From: Candidatus Eiseniibacteriota bacterium
GTDB lineage: Bacteria > Eisenbacteria > RBG-16-71-46
Assembly: GCA_016215625.1 (NCBI GenBank)
Contig: JACRIW010000058.1
Coordinates: 32,252-96,251 of the forward strand
Length of the DNA: 64,000 nucleotides
Direction of reading: 5' to 3'
Position 1 is the stretch's first letter. Every line of letters begins with the position of its first letter. The position numbers and the translations under genes were made by a program. Of the stretch, positions 28,490 through 38,672 are shown piece after piece. The notes beneath the pieces are model-generated. The model saw only the letters and a list, made by a program, of their open reading frames with translations, did not search any database and was not told where the DNA came from.

Positions 28490-29542
28490 ATGAAGCGTTT
28501 CACGATCCTGTCGTCGCTGATGCTCGCCGCCGCCCCGGTCCTCGCCGGGGCGGACGGCGATCCGGCCGTGCTGTACGAGCGCGGCGCCTACCGGCGTGCC
28601 GCGGCGGTGGCGTCGCAGCGGAGTGACGCCACCGCCCTCACCGTGCTCGCGCGCGTGCGCGCGCTCGAGGGCCGGTACGACGAAGCGATCGCGACGGCCG
28701 AGCGCGCGGTGAAGGCCGCTCCCGGATCCACCGCCGCGCACTACGCGTTGTCCGAGGCCCACGGCCTGCGCGCGCGTGAGGCCGGGCCACTGAAGGCGCT
28801 CGGCTCGGCCCGGGCCTTCAAGCGCGAGGCCGAGGCGGCTCTCGCGATCGATCCGAGCCACGTCGAGTCGCTGGTGGCGATGATCGAGTTCCACCGCATG
28901 GCGCCGGGGATCGCGGGCGGGGACCGGAAGAAGCGCCCCGCGCTGCTCGAGCGGCTCGTCGCCGCCGACCCGGTGCGCGGCTGGGGCATGCGCGCGCAGG
29001 ACGCACTGCGCTCCGAGGACACGACGCGCGCGGAACAGTGCTGGCGCAAGGCGGTCGAGGCCGACCCGGCGAGTGCGCGCGCGAAGGCGGCGCTGGCGCA
29101 GTGGCTGGCGGTGTCGCGGCGCGACGTCCCGCTCGCCGAGCAGCTCGCGGCCGAGGCCACGGCGCTCGAGCCGTGGCGCATCGCGCCGTGGCAGGTGCTC
29201 GCATCGGTGCAGGCGCACGGGAAGCGCTGGGAGGAACTCGAGGCCACGCTCGCGAAGTCCGAGGCGGCGATGGACGGCCGCCGTGACGCCTGGTTCGCCG
29301 CCGGGCGCCAGCTCGTGAGCGACGGCGCCGAGCCCGTGCGCGCCGAGCGCTACCTGAGGCACTACCTCGCCGCGGAAAGCGAGCCGGCCGCGCCCGCGCC
29401 CGCGGTGGCGCGCTGGCGGCTCGCGCAGGCGCTCGAGCAGCAGGGGCGCAGGAGCGAGGCGATCGCCGAGCTGCAGGCCGCGCTCGCGCTCGATTCGCGG
29501 CTCGAGCCGGCGCGCAAGGACCTGCAGCGGCTGCGGCGCTGA
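28490..29542 (+). CDS. Secreted TPR-repeat protein
   Basis: ATG at 28490 gives MKRFTILSSLMLAAAPVLAGA, a signal peptide, followed by repeated TPR-like helical hairpins. Confidence 0.7.
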   Translation: MKRFTILSSLMLAAAPVLAGADGDPAVLYERGAYRRAAAVASQRSDATALTVLARVRALEGRYDEAIATAERAVKAAPGSTAAHYALSEAHGLRAREAGPLKALGSARAFKREAEAALAIDPSHVESLVAMIEFHRMAPGIAGGDRKKRPALLERLVAADPVRGWGMRAQDALRSEDTTRAEQCWRKAVEADPASARAKAALAQWLAVSRRDVPLAEQLAAEATALEPWRIAPWQVLASVQAHGKRWEELEATLAKSEAAMDGRRDAWFAAGRQLVSDGAEPVRAERYLRHYLAAESEPAAPAPAVARWRLAQALEQQGRRSEAIAELQAALALDSRLEPARKDLQRLRR

Positions 29543-29579
29543 CCGGCCGCCGTGATAGCCTGCGGGCCGCCCCGCTGCC

Positions 29580-30989
29580 GTGCGGGGCGCCCGTCCCCAT
29601 GGGAGCGAACGCTTGAACGAGACGCCGGTCCGCATCCTGGTCGCCGACGACGATCCCGACGTGCTCGCCGCGCTGCGCATGCTGCTGCGCGGCGAGGGCT
29701 TCGCGGTCGAGACCGCGACCAGTCCCGCGCTCGTGCTGCACGCGGTCGAGCAGAAGGACTTCGCGCTCGCGCTGCTCGACATGAACTACGCGCGCGACAC
29801 GACGAGCGGCGGGGAGGGACTCGACCTCATCGAACGGTTGCGCGCCCTCGATCCCGCGATGCCGGTCGTCGTGATGACGGCGTGGGGCAGCGTGGACGGC
29901 GCGGTCGCCGCGGTGCGCCGCGGCGCGCGCGATTACGTGCAGAAGCCGTGGGACAACGACCGGCTCCTGCAGACGCTGCGCACGCAGGTGGAACTCGCGG
30001 CCGCGCTGCGGCGGGGCGCGCGGCTCGAGCAGGAGAACCGGCTGCTGCGGCGCGACGGCGTGCCCGAGATCGTGTGCGAGTCCGCGGCGATGCGCGCCGC
30101 GCTCGACCTCGCGCAGCGCGTCGCACCGAGTGAGGCCGCCGTGCTGATCACGGGCGAACACGGCACGGGCAAGGAGACGTTCGCCCGGCTCGTGCACGCG
30201 CTCGGCGCCCGGGCGCACCGGCCGTTCGTGGCCGTGCACGCGGGCGGGCTTTCCGACGCGGCGTTCGAGAGCGAGCTGTTCGGCCACGAGAAGGGCGCTT
30301 TTCCCGGCGCGACGAGCGAGCGCGCGGGCCGCTTCGAACTGGCCGACGGGGGCACGTTGTTCCTCGACGATCTCTCGGGCGTCACGCCGGCGCAGCAGGC
30401 GAAGCTGCTGCGCGTGCTCGAGAGCGGCGAGTGCGAGCGGCTCGGCTCGTCGCGCGTGCGCGCCGTGCACGTGCGCGTCGTCGCGGCCTCGAGCACCGAC
30501 CTCCACGCCGAGTGCGCGGCGGGCCGATTCCGCGAGGACCTGCTCTTCCGCCTCAAGACGGTCGAGATCGCGCTGCCGCCGCTGCGCGAACGTCCGGAGG
30601 ACGTGCCCGCGCTCGCGGCCTTCTTCCTGCACCGCCACGCGAAGCGCTACCGCAAGAGCGTCACGTCGTTCGCGCCGGCCGCGCTCCAGGCGCTGCTCGC
30701 GCACCCCTGGCCGGGCAACGTGCGCGAACTCGATCACGCGGTCGAGCGCGCCGTGCTGCTCGCGCGAGACGCGGAACTGGGCACGGAAGATCTCGGCCTG
30801 CGCGCTCCGGCCGACGGCGCGCCGCCGCTCGAGAAGCTCACGCTCGACGAGGCCGAGCGGCTGCTCATCCAGCGCGCGCTCGCCCGTCACGACGGCAACG
30901 TCAGCCTCGCGGCCCGCGCGCTCGGCCTGTCGCGCAGCGCGCTCTACCGGCGGCTCGAACGTCACGGGATCCGGGCCGCCGGATCGTGA
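29580..30989 (+). CDS. Sigma-54-dependent response regulator (NtrC family: receiver + AAA+ + Fis-type HTH)
   Basis: Receiver domain (ILVADDD, ALLDMNY). Sigma-54 activator motifs GEHGTGKE, GAFPGA, ESELFGHEKGAF and the arginine finger. C-terminal HTH. The start may instead be the TTG at 29613. Confidence 0.85.
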   Translation: MRGARPHGSERLNETPVRILVADDDPDVLAALRMLLRGEGFAVETATSPALVLHAVEQKDFALALLDMNYARDTTSGGEGLDLIERLRALDPAMPVVVMTAWGSVDGAVAAVRRGARDYVQKPWDNDRLLQTLRTQVELAAALRRGARLEQENRLLRRDGVPEIVCESAAMRAALDLAQRVAPSEAAVLITGEHGTGKETFARLVHALGARAHRPFVAVHAGGLSDAAFESELFGHEKGAFPGATSERAGRFELADGGTLFLDDLSGVTPAQQAKLLRVLESGECERLGSSRVRAVHVRVVAASSTDLHAECAAGRFREDLLFRLKTVEIALPPLRERPEDVPALAAFFLHRHAKRYRKSVTSFAPAALQALLAHPWPGNVRELDHAVERAVLLARDAELGTEDLGLRAPADGAPPLEKLTLDEAERLLIQRALARHDGNVSLAARALGLSRSALYRRLERHGIRAAGS

Positions 30990-32341
30990 GCGTGGGACGC
31001 CCGAAGAAGCCGCGGCTCTCGTACGACGCGCGGGTCACCTGGCTCGCCTTGGCCGGCGGGGCGCCCGCGGTGGTGGTCGCGATCGTGGCGCTGTCGCGCT
31101 GGCAGGCCGACCTCGGCGTGCGCATGCTGCTCGGCGTCGCGGTGCTCGTGAGCTGGCTGCTCGGGGCGCTCGCCGTGCGCGAACGCGCGACGCGCTCGCT
31201 GCAGACGCTCGCGAACCTCGTCGCCGCCGTGCGCGAGGGGGACACGAGCATCCGCGCCCGCGGCGCGGACCCGTTCGATTCGCTCGGGCTCGCGTACTTC
31301 GAGGTGAACGCCCTCGCCGAGCAGGGCCGCCAGCGGCGCTACGAGGCGTTCGAGGCGGCTTCGCTCCTGCGCCAGGTGATGGAGTCGATCGACGTGGCGC
31401 TGTTCGCGTTCGACCCTTCCGGCAAGCTGCGCGTGGTGAACCGCGTGGGCGAGGAGTGGCTCGCGACACCGGCCGAGCGCGCGCTCGGTCGCTCGGCGGT
31501 CTCGCTCGGCGTGTCGGGCGCGCTCGCGGGCGAGGCCCCGCGAATCGCCGACCTCGCGCTGGGCGGGCGCTCGGGCCGGTTCGAGATCCGGCGCGGCGTC
31601 TACCGGCACGAGGGGCGCCCGCACGACCTGCTCGTCGTGTCCGATCTCGGACGCACGCTGCGCGACGAGGAGCGCCTCGCGTGGCAGCGGCTGATCCGCG
31701 TGCTGAGCCACGAGATCAACAACTCGCTCGCGCCGATCCAGTCGCTCGCGGGCAGCCTGCAGTCCGGCATCGAACGATCCGGGGCCGCGGCGTCGGAAGC
31801 CGACCTGCGCGAAGGACTCGCGGTGATCGAGGCGCGCGCCCGCTCGCTCGCGCGCTTCCTGCACGCCTACGCGCAGCTCGCACGCCTGCCTGCTCCGCGC
31901 CCGGGCGCCGTGGACGTGGGCGAGTGGGTGCGGCGCACGGCGGCGCTCGAGTCGCGCCTCGCCGTGCACGTGCATCCCGGCGAGAGCGTCACGCTGCAGG
32001 CGGACGGCGACCAGCTCGACCAGCTGCTCATCAATCTCGTGCGCAACGCCGCCGACGCCGCAAGCGAGACCGGCGGCGCAGTGTCGATCGGCTGGCGCGC
32101 GAACGACACGGGCCTCGTGCTCGAGGTGGTGGACGACGGCCCGGGCATCACCGACGGCGCGAACCTGTTCGTGCCGTTCTTCACGACCAAGCCCGAGGGC
32201 AGCGGCATCGGCCTCGCCCTCGCGCGCCAGATCGCCGAGGGGCACGGCGGTGCGCTCTCGCTCGCCAATCGCGACGGCGTGCGCGGCTGCGTCGCGCGGC
32301 TGTGGCTGCCCCTGCGGCCGCGCCAGGAAGACGCGCGCTGA
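30986..32341 (+). CDS. Sensor histidine kinase (2 TM + PAS + HisKA + HATPase)
   Basis: The GTG start overlaps the response regulator stop (GTGA). H-box LSHEINNSLAPIQSL, N box LINLVRNAADA, and G boxes DDGPGI and GSGIGLA. Confidence 0.8.
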   Translation: MSVGRPKKPRLSYDARVTWLALAGGAPAVVVAIVALSRWQADLGVRMLLGVAVLVSWLLGALAVRERATRSLQTLANLVAAVREGDTSIRARGADPFDSLGLAYFEVNALAEQGRQRRYEAFEAASLLRQVMESIDVALFAFDPSGKLRVVNRVGEEWLATPAERALGRSAVSLGVSGALAGEAPRIADLALGGRSGRFEIRRGVYRHEGRPHDLLVVSDLGRTLRDEERLAWQRLIRVLSHEINNSLAPIQSLAGSLQSGIERSGAAASEADLREGLAVIEARARSLARFLHAYAQLARLPAPRPGAVDVGEWVRRTAALESRLAVHVHPGESVTLQADGDQLDQLLINLVRNAADAASETGGAVSIGWRANDTGLVLEVVDDGPGITDGANLFVPFFTTKPEGSGIGLALARQIAEGHGGALSLANRDGVRGCVARLWLPLRPRQEDAR

Positions 32342-32645
32342 CGCCAGCGCACTCGGGCCGGCGCCGACCCCGCCTGCGACGGGTGCCGCCGATTCTCCGC
32401 CGGGCGCATTGCGGCATGACGCCCGTCATACCCGGCCCGGCCGGCCGCAGGCATATTCACCGCAGAGGAGGCCCTCACCCGGTCGCTGCTCCTTCGCAGG
32501 CACAGGGAGAAATGAGGTGACCCTCCGCCAGCCGGGCCTCACCGCCGCCGCGCGAACGGCGGGTGGTGGACCTCATCGGGAGCGTCGATCTGCGCACTTG
32601 TTTCGGGGCCGACGTCGGCTCCGAGTGACGAAAGGAATGCAGGAC

Positions 32646-33719
32646 ATGAAACGACTCGTGACGTGCGTGTGGGCCGCTGCCGCGCTGCTCGCCGCGGCAC
32701 CGGCCTCCGCCCAGTGGCAGATGGTGAGCGCGGACGGCTCGACCAAGCTGAACTTCGGCGTGCTCGCCCAGATGCAGGCCGAGGAACTCCAGCCCGTGAA
32801 CACCGAGGACTGGCAGCAGAACGTGTTCGTGCGCCGCTTCCGGATCATCGTCGGCGGCAAGGTCAACGATCGGATTTCGCTCTTCGCCGACACCGACGTG
32901 CCGAACCTCGGCAAGGGGCTCTCGACGGGCAGGAAGCAGGACAACACGATGATCCTGCAGGACCTCGCGCTGACCTACACCGTGCGCTCGGAGTTCAAGG
33001 TCGACGCCGGCATGCTGCTCGTGCCGGGATCGCACAACGGCCTCCAGTCGGCGGCGACGCACCTGACGCTCGACTACGGTCCGTACTCGTTCCTGCAGGG
33101 GGACTCGACGCAGTCGAAGGTCGGGCGCGACTACGGCGTGCTCGCTCGCGGTTACCTCGGCGACCGTCATCTCGAGTACCGCGCCGGCCTGCTCCAGGGC
33201 GCGCGCGGGGCGGATGCGCGCCAGCCCTTCCGCGGCGCGTTCCGCGTGGCGTACTACCCGTTCGAGCCCGACACCGGGCTGCTCTACACGGGAACGACGC
33301 TGGGCAAGCGCCGGATCTGGTCGTTCGGCGCGGGCGGTGACGTGCAGCGCGACTACCGCACGCTGAGTGCGGACGTGTTCGTGGACCAGCCCGTCGCGGG
33401 CGGGGATGCGTTCACGATGCAGGTGTACGTCACGAAGTACGACGGCGGCGAGTGGTTCCCCGGGCTGGTCGAGCAGACGGCGATCATGGCCGAGGCCGGC
33501 TGGTACTTCCATCAGGCAAAGATCACGCCGTTCGTGCAGTACTCGAGCCGCGACTATGCGGACGCCGCGAAGGCCGACGAGAGCAAGGTGCTGGGCGGCC
33601 TGGCGTGGTGGGAGAGCGGGCACAAGTTCAACGTGAAGGCCGCCTACGCGGTGCTGACGCGCGACAAGTCCGACGACGGCAGGCAGTTCGTGCTGCAGGC
33701 GCAGGTGTTCGCGTATTAG
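32646..33719 (+). CDS. Outer-membrane beta-barrel porin (phosphate-selective porin O/P-like, tentative)
   Basis: Signal peptide MKRLVTCVWAAAALLAAAPASAQ, alternating beta-strand pattern, and a C-terminal aromatic ending (VFAY). Confidence 0.7.
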   Translation: MKRLVTCVWAAAALLAAAPASAQWQMVSADGSTKLNFGVLAQMQAEELQPVNTEDWQQNVFVRRFRIIVGGKVNDRISLFADTDVPNLGKGLSTGRKQDNTMILQDLALTYTVRSEFKVDAGMLLVPGSHNGLQSAATHLTLDYGPYSFLQGDSTQSKVGRDYGVLARGYLGDRHLEYRAGLLQGARGADARQPFRGAFRVAYYPFEPDTGLLYTGTTLGKRRIWSFGAGGDVQRDYRTLSADVFVDQPVAGGDAFTMQVYVTKYDGGEWFPGLVEQTAIMAEAGWYFHQAKITPFVQYSSRDYADAAKADESKVLGGLAWWESGHKFNVKAAYAVLTRDKSDDGRQFVLQAQVFAY

Positions 33720-33757
33720 GCCGGGAAGAGGCCGCCCTCAAGGGTGGGCGAGACGAA

Positions 33758-33791
33758 GAGGGCCGCCGCGGGGTGATGCCCGCGGCGGCCC
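33758..33791. terminator. Bidirectional hairpin terminator between convergent genes
   Basis: AGGGCCGCCGCGG-GGTGATGC-CCGCGGCGGCCCT is a 13-bp stem, followed by TTGGTTCTT. Confidence 0.5.
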
Positions 33792-33813
33792 TTGGTTCTT
33801 CCGCGCGAGTCGC

Positions 33814-36800
33814 TCAGCGCAGCGTGACCACGCGCTGGGCGCGCGTCTCGCCGTTCCACTGCAGGCGGGCCCAGTACACGCCCGATGGCATCCGTCGCGC
33901 GTCGAGCGCGACCTCGTGCATCCCCGCCGGCAGTGCGTCGGAGTCGAGGAGCGAGGCGGCCTCGCGCCCCGCGAGGTCGTAGAGCGCGAGCTTCACGCGC
34001 CCCGGCGCGGGCAGCGTGAAACGCAGCACGCCGCGCCCACGCAGTGGTTGCGGTGCCGCTTGCAAGAGTGCCAGTCCGGCGTGCTCGGACCGCGGAGAGT
34101 CGAGCAGTTCGAGATTCCAGCTCGGGTCGACGAAGCCGGCGACGCCCGTGCGCGACTGGCCGGCGATGGTCGTGAACGCGCCCGCCACGTACAACGTGCC
34201 GTTCGCGTGCGCGAACCCGTAGACGTTCTGGCTGGCGTCCGCGATGAACGGCGAGGGCAGGCCGGAGGCGGCATCGAGCACCGCCAGCCGCGTACGCGGA
34301 TACGCGCCGTTGCCGAACGTCCCGAAGAGCCCGCCGACGAACATCAGGCCGTTGCGGAGGTCGAGCACGTTCACCGTGCCGTCCGGATCCGGATTCCACG
34401 CCGTGGCGAGTCCGGTCGCCGGGGAGAGAGCCGCGAGCCGCCGGCGGGTGGCTCCGCCGATCGTCGCGAAATCGCCGCCCGCATACACCGCACCGTTCGT
34501 GGCGAGCACGGTGTACACGGTGTTGCTCGCGTTCGGGTTCCAGGCCGAGGGCGCTCCCGTCGTGGCGTCGATCGCCGCGATACGATTGCGCGCCTGTCCG
34601 CCGACGTTCGTGAAGTTGCCGCCCACGTACACGACGCCGCCCTCCTTGGCGATCGCGAAGACGGCATTGTTCGCGTTCGGATTCCAGGCCGTGCCCGCGC
34701 CCGAGGAGAGGTCGGTCTGCGCGAGGTTGTTGCGCGCGAGGGGGCCGACGTGCGAGAACGCGCCGCCGAGCCACGCCAAGCCGTCCGCGATCTTCAGGGT
34801 GTAGACGGTGCCGTCCGGTTGCGGAGCCCACGGTGCGACGGCCGCGGTCGCGGTGTCGAACGCCGCCGCGAAGTCGCGAAACGGCGGCTCGAGCACCCAG
34901 AAGTTTCCAGCGGCGTGCACGTTCGCGCCGTGCACCGCGAGCGCGAACACCGAGCCCGTGAGACTCGGCTTCCAGGGAAGAACGCGGCCGTCCGAGTCGA
35001 GGGCCGCGAGGGCGGTGCGTTCGACCATGGGGAAGGAGCTGAAGCTGCCCGTCGCGAGCACGCGGCCACCCGAGAAGCACAGGGACTCGATGGCGCCATT
35101 GGCCGGGTGTTCGCCGCCGAGCGCGGCGCCGGCGCTCTCGTCGAGCATGCCGAAGAAGCGATGCTGGGTGCCGTTGACCGACGTGAACGCCCCGCCCGCG
35201 AGCAGCGTGTCGTGTGCGAACGTGAACGCGTGCACGGCGCCGTTGAATCCCGGCCACCACGGCAGGAGCGCTCCCGAGCCGGGAGCGAAAGCCGCCATGC
35301 CGTAGCGCATGGTGTCGTTGACCGCGGTGAACGTTCCACCCGCGTACCAGCGCCCGCCGTGCAGGAGCCACTGTTTCGGCGGGGCGTCGAAGCGCGGCGC
35401 CCAGGAAAGCGGTGTCCCGGTCGCAGCCTGCACTGCGCAGACGTTCGTGCGTGTGGATCCGCCGATGCCCGTGCACGCGCCCGCGACGAGCAGCCGGTCG
35501 CCCGCCTCCACGAGGCGCACGACGCCGAGCGGGGTGCAGCTCCAGGACTGGAGCGCGTGCGTCGAACGTTGCCAGGCTCCGACGTAGCCCGCTTGCTGCT
35601 TCTCGCCTCCGAGGTACAGGCGGGAGCCGTGCACCGCGATCGCGTGCACCGTCATGGGGGGCGAAAGCGACCACGAAGTGAGCGTGCCGCCCGTGGTCAG
35701 TTCCGCGAATCGCAGCCGCGTCGTGGCGCCGATGCTCGTGAACTGTCCGCCGACGTAGAGCTTGTCGTCGGTCGCCGCGAGCGCGCGCACTTCGCCGTTC
35801 GCGTTCGCGGTGAACGGGAGCACCGCGAAGGTCGCCGGATCGAGCGCGCAGACGCCGCCGCGCACCACGCTCGCCGCGGCGACGAACGTGCCGCCGAAGG
35901 CGACCGAGGCGCCCGAGCGTTCGATCGCGCGCACGTACGGCGCGGGCGAGACGGTCCAGGCGTCGAGTGCGCCCGTGATGGCGTTGAGGGCCGCGGCGCG
36001 GGCGCGCGAGGTGGAGGCGATCGTGGTGAAGTCCCCGCACGCGTACAGCTTGTTGCCCCAGAGCGACAACGCGTGGACCTGCGCGTCCGGCGCCACGTTC
36101 CACGTGAGCAGCGCGCCGCTCGCGAGCGAGAAGCCCGCGAGGTTCGCTCGAGGCGAACCATTCACGGCCGTGAACGAGCCGCCCAGGAAGACGTGCGTGG
36201 GGCCGACCTCGAGCGCCCGCACGATACCGGGGCCCGTGTACGTCACGTTCGCGACGAGCGTCGTGGGCGTGCCGGTCACGGCGCCGATCGCGGCGAAACT
36301 CGAACGGTTGAGGCCGCCGACGGTCGAGAAGGCGCCACCGGCATACACGACACCGTTGGCATACTGGACGGCGAGGACGGCCGGCGAGCTCGCCGACATC
36401 GTCACGACCGGAGCCCACGAGGTGAGCTGGCCGTTCGAGGCGAGCACGGAGCCGAGCGCCGTGCGCGGCTGGCCGTTGACGGTCGAGAAGTACCCTGCGA
36501 ACCACACGGTGTCCGCGTTCGCGCACACCGACGTGAGGCCGGCGTCGGGCGTGATCGTCCCGCTCCAGGGCACGAGCGCGCCCGTCGCCGCGTCGAGCGC
36601 GACGAGCGGCACGCTGAGGGCGTTCACGGTGCGCAGCGCCGAGCCCGCGACGTAAAGCCGTGAGCCGCTCCGTGCGAGCGAGAACACCGAGGCGGTCGGA
36701 AGGAGTGAGGCGTCCCATGCGGTGTCCAGCTGTCCGCCCGGAAGGAGGTGTACGAGCGAGCGCTTCGCCACACCGTCCACGGACGCGAAGCTGCCGCCCA

Positions 36801-38316
36801 CGAACCAGCCGCCCGCGCCGTCGCTCTCCATGGCCTGCACGTTTCCGTCGAACAAGGGCAGCGGTTCGGCGAGCGTCCCGAGTGAGTCCGAGAGTCCGAG
36901 GCCGCTGGCGGGCGTGGTGACCGCGGCGAATCCGCCGCCGACGTAGACGCGGCCGTGCGCGGCGAGCAGCGCGTTCACGCTGCGTCCGCAGCCGGGCGGC
37001 TGCTTCGCGGCGTGTGCCCACGTGTCGCGATCGATCGCAGCGAGTCCTTCGGCGGGCATGCCGGCGAAGGACGAGAAGGGCCCGCCCACGATCAGGTTCG
37101 GCCCCGAGACGAGCATGCTCTTCACGCGGGCGTTCGCCGAGGGCGTGCCGGTCAGCAGATCGCCGGTGCTCGCGAGGTACGCCGCGAAGTGTGAGCGTGA
37201 CGCGGCGCTCGCCAGCGTGAAGTCGCCGCCCACGTAGAGCGTGTCGCCGGAGCGCACGAGCGCGTGCACGGTGTCGTTGGGCGACGGCGCCCAGCTGGTC
37301 GGCATGCCGTCGGCGCCGACGTGCGCGAGGTTCGCGCGCGGGATGCCGTGAAGCGACGAGAACGCGCCGCCGACGAACCAGCCGCCCGCGCCGTCGGGAA
37401 CGACGGACAGCACGGCGCCCTTCACGTCGAAGTGAGGCGCGAGCGCAGCGCCTGTGGTCGTGTCCACGAAGGCGGCGCCGCCGGTGGGGGCGCCGAGGTA
37501 GGCGAGCGTGCCGGATACTCGCAGTGTTCCGTCGCCGGCGCCGATCGCCGTGATGTTGGCCCCCGGATCGGGTCCGGCGTACTCGATCGGCAGCAGTGCG
37601 CCCGTCGGGCCGTCGAATGCCGCGAGCGCGGGGCGCTGCTGCCCGGCGACAAGCCGGAACGTGCCGCCCGCGTACAGCGTGTCGCCGGCGCTCGCGAGCG
37701 CATACACGGGCGAGGTGATGCCCGAATCCCACGCGATCGGGTCGCTCGATTCGTTCTCGAACGCGAGCAGCGGGCGGCAGGGTTGTCCGTTCACCGTCGT
37801 GAAGTCGCCGCCGACGTACAGCCGTGTGCCGACGAGCGCGAGCGCGCGCACGCCGGACAGTGTGCTGGGGCCGGTGAACACCGGGGCCAGCGGTGAGAGC
37901 GAACCATCCGCGAGCACGTGCACGAGGCCCTGGCGCGTCTGCCCCTGCCACTGTGAGAAGTGCCCTCCCACGAACCAGCCACCGGCGCCGTCCGGAATCG
38001 AGGCGTACACGAGGCTGACGTTGAGCGAGGGCGCGGACACCATCCGATAGCCCGGTGCCGGATCGATGTTGCCCGGCAGGAACGTCAGCACGTTGCCCGT
38101 GACCGGGCCGACGCGGCTGAACGTGCCGCCGATGAACGTGCGCGTGCCCGTGGTGGCGACCGCCGAAACCGAGCCGTCGGTCGTGAAGACGCTGTCGAGT
38201 GGAGCCGCGGCGCGCGCGAGGGCTGGAGAGATCAGCGTGGCGAGGAACGCGAGGCAGGCCGCACCGGACGCGTGCCGGCGGACGGCCGTGAGTGGCGAGC
38301 GTGAAGTCTCGGGCAT
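33814..38316 (-). CDS. Giant secreted repeat protein (~1500 aa) with about 25 delta-60 / DUF5122-type beta-propeller repeats and a FlgD-Ig/T9SS-type tail
   Basis: AAGGAG ribosome-binding site 5 nt before the ATG at 38316. Signal peptide MPETSRSPLTAVRRHASGAACLAFLATLISPALARA. Repeats are about 50 aa, of the form ...V.AL...G..LYVGGxFTxVNGQ.R..LAA.D. The tail is GVYWARLQWNGETRAQRVVTLR. Confidence 0.8.
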   Translation of the reverse strand: MPETSRSPLTAVRRHASGAACLAFLATLISPALARAAAPLDSVFTTDGSVSAVATTGTRTFIGGTFSRVGPVTGNVLTFLPGNIDPAPGYRMVSAPSLNVSLVYASIPDGAGGWFVGGHFSQWQGQTRQGLVHVLADGSLSPLAPVFTGPSTLSGVRALALVGTRLYVGGDFTTVNGQPCRPLLAFENESSDPIAWDSGITSPVYALASAGDTLYAGGTFRLVAGQQRPALAAFDGPTGALLPIEYAGPDPGANITAIGAGDGTLRVSGTLAYLGAPTGGAAFVDTTTGAALAPHFDVKGAVLSVVPDGAGGWFVGGAFSSLHGIPRANLAHVGADGMPTSWAPSPNDTVHALVRSGDTLYVGGDFTLASAASRSHFAAYLASTGDLLTGTPSANARVKSMLVSGPNLIVGGPFSSFAGMPAEGLAAIDRDTWAHAAKQPPGCGRSVNALLAAHGRVYVGGGFAAVTTPASGLGLSDSLGTLAEPLPLFDGNVQAMESDGAGGWFVGGSFASVDGVAKRSLVHLLPGGQLDTAWDASLLPTASVFSLARSGSRLYVAGSALRTVNALSVPLVALDAATGALVPWSGTITPDAGLTSVCANADTVWFAGYFSTVNGQPRTALGSVLASNGQLTSWAPVVTMSASSPAVLAVQYANGVVYAGGAFSTVGGLNRSSFAAIGAVTGTPTTLVANVTYTGPGIVRALEVGPTHVFLGGSFTAVNGSPRANLAGFSLASGALLTWNVAPDAQVHALSLWGNKLYACGDFTTIASTSRARAAALNAITGALDAWTVSPAPYVRAIERSGASVAFGGTFVAAASVVRGGVCALDPATFAVLPFTANANGEVRALAATDDKLYVGGQFTSIGATTRLRFAELTTGGTLTSWSLSPPMTVHAIAVHGSRLYLGGEKQQAGYVGAWQRSTHALQSWSCTPLGVVRLVEAGDRLLVAGACTGIGGSTRTNVCAVQAATGTPLSWAPRFDAPPKQWLLHGGRWYAGGTFTAVNDTMRYGMAAFAPGSGALLPWWPGFNGAVHAFTFAHDTLLAGGAFTSVNGTQHRFFGMLDESAGAALGGEHPANGAIESLCFSGGRVLATGSFSSFPMVERTALAALDSDGRVLPWKPSLTGSVFALAVHGANVHAAGNFWVLEPPFRDFAAAFDTATAAVAPWAPQPDGTVYTLKIADGLAWLGGAFSHVGPLARNNLAQTDLSSGAGTAWNPNANNAVFAIAKEGGVVYVGGNFTNVGGQARNRIAAIDATTGAPSAWNPNASNTVYTVLATNGAVYAGGDFATIGGATRRRLAALSPATGLATAWNPDPDGTVNVLDLRNGLMFVGGLFGTFGNGAYPRTRLAVLDAASGLPSPFIADASQNVYGFAHANGTLYVAGAFTTIAGQSRTGVAGFVDPSWNLELLDSPRSEHAGLALLQAAPQPLRGRGVLRFTLPAPGRVKLALYDLAGREAASLLDSDALPAGMHEVALDARRMPSGVYWARLQWNGETRAQRVVTLR

Positions 38317-38672
38317 GGCGGCTCCTTGGGAGGCCGCCATCCGGGGGGAACTTCGGCGCGGCCGAATACGATCAGTGTACCAATCGTGCGGAGCGGTGCC
38401 GAATCCCGATTGCGTGCATGCCGCCGGATGCCGGCGGGTGGCCTGACTTGCCGTCGGCGGCACGTGACGGGACTGGAGCGGTGAAGTATTCCAGTGCGGC
38501 GGCGCGGTGCTCGACCCCGGCTGCGGCTCGCCCCTCGGCGACGACCCGCTTCGCGCGCCGGTGGCGCGCTGACCGCGGCACGCGTGCGGGCGCGGCGAAG
38601 AGCACAGGGCGCCCCTGCCGGACTTCGGCGCTCCGGGGCTTTCGTGGAGCGCATCCTGTAGCATCCGCCGCC

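Noticed and set aside
33716-37951. 1411-aa alternative-frame ORF and many 100–900-aa plus-strand ORFs across the giant repeat gene
   Set aside because: The annotated frame has a 50-aa repeat periodicity, a signal peptide and a conserved sorting tail. The others have none of these.
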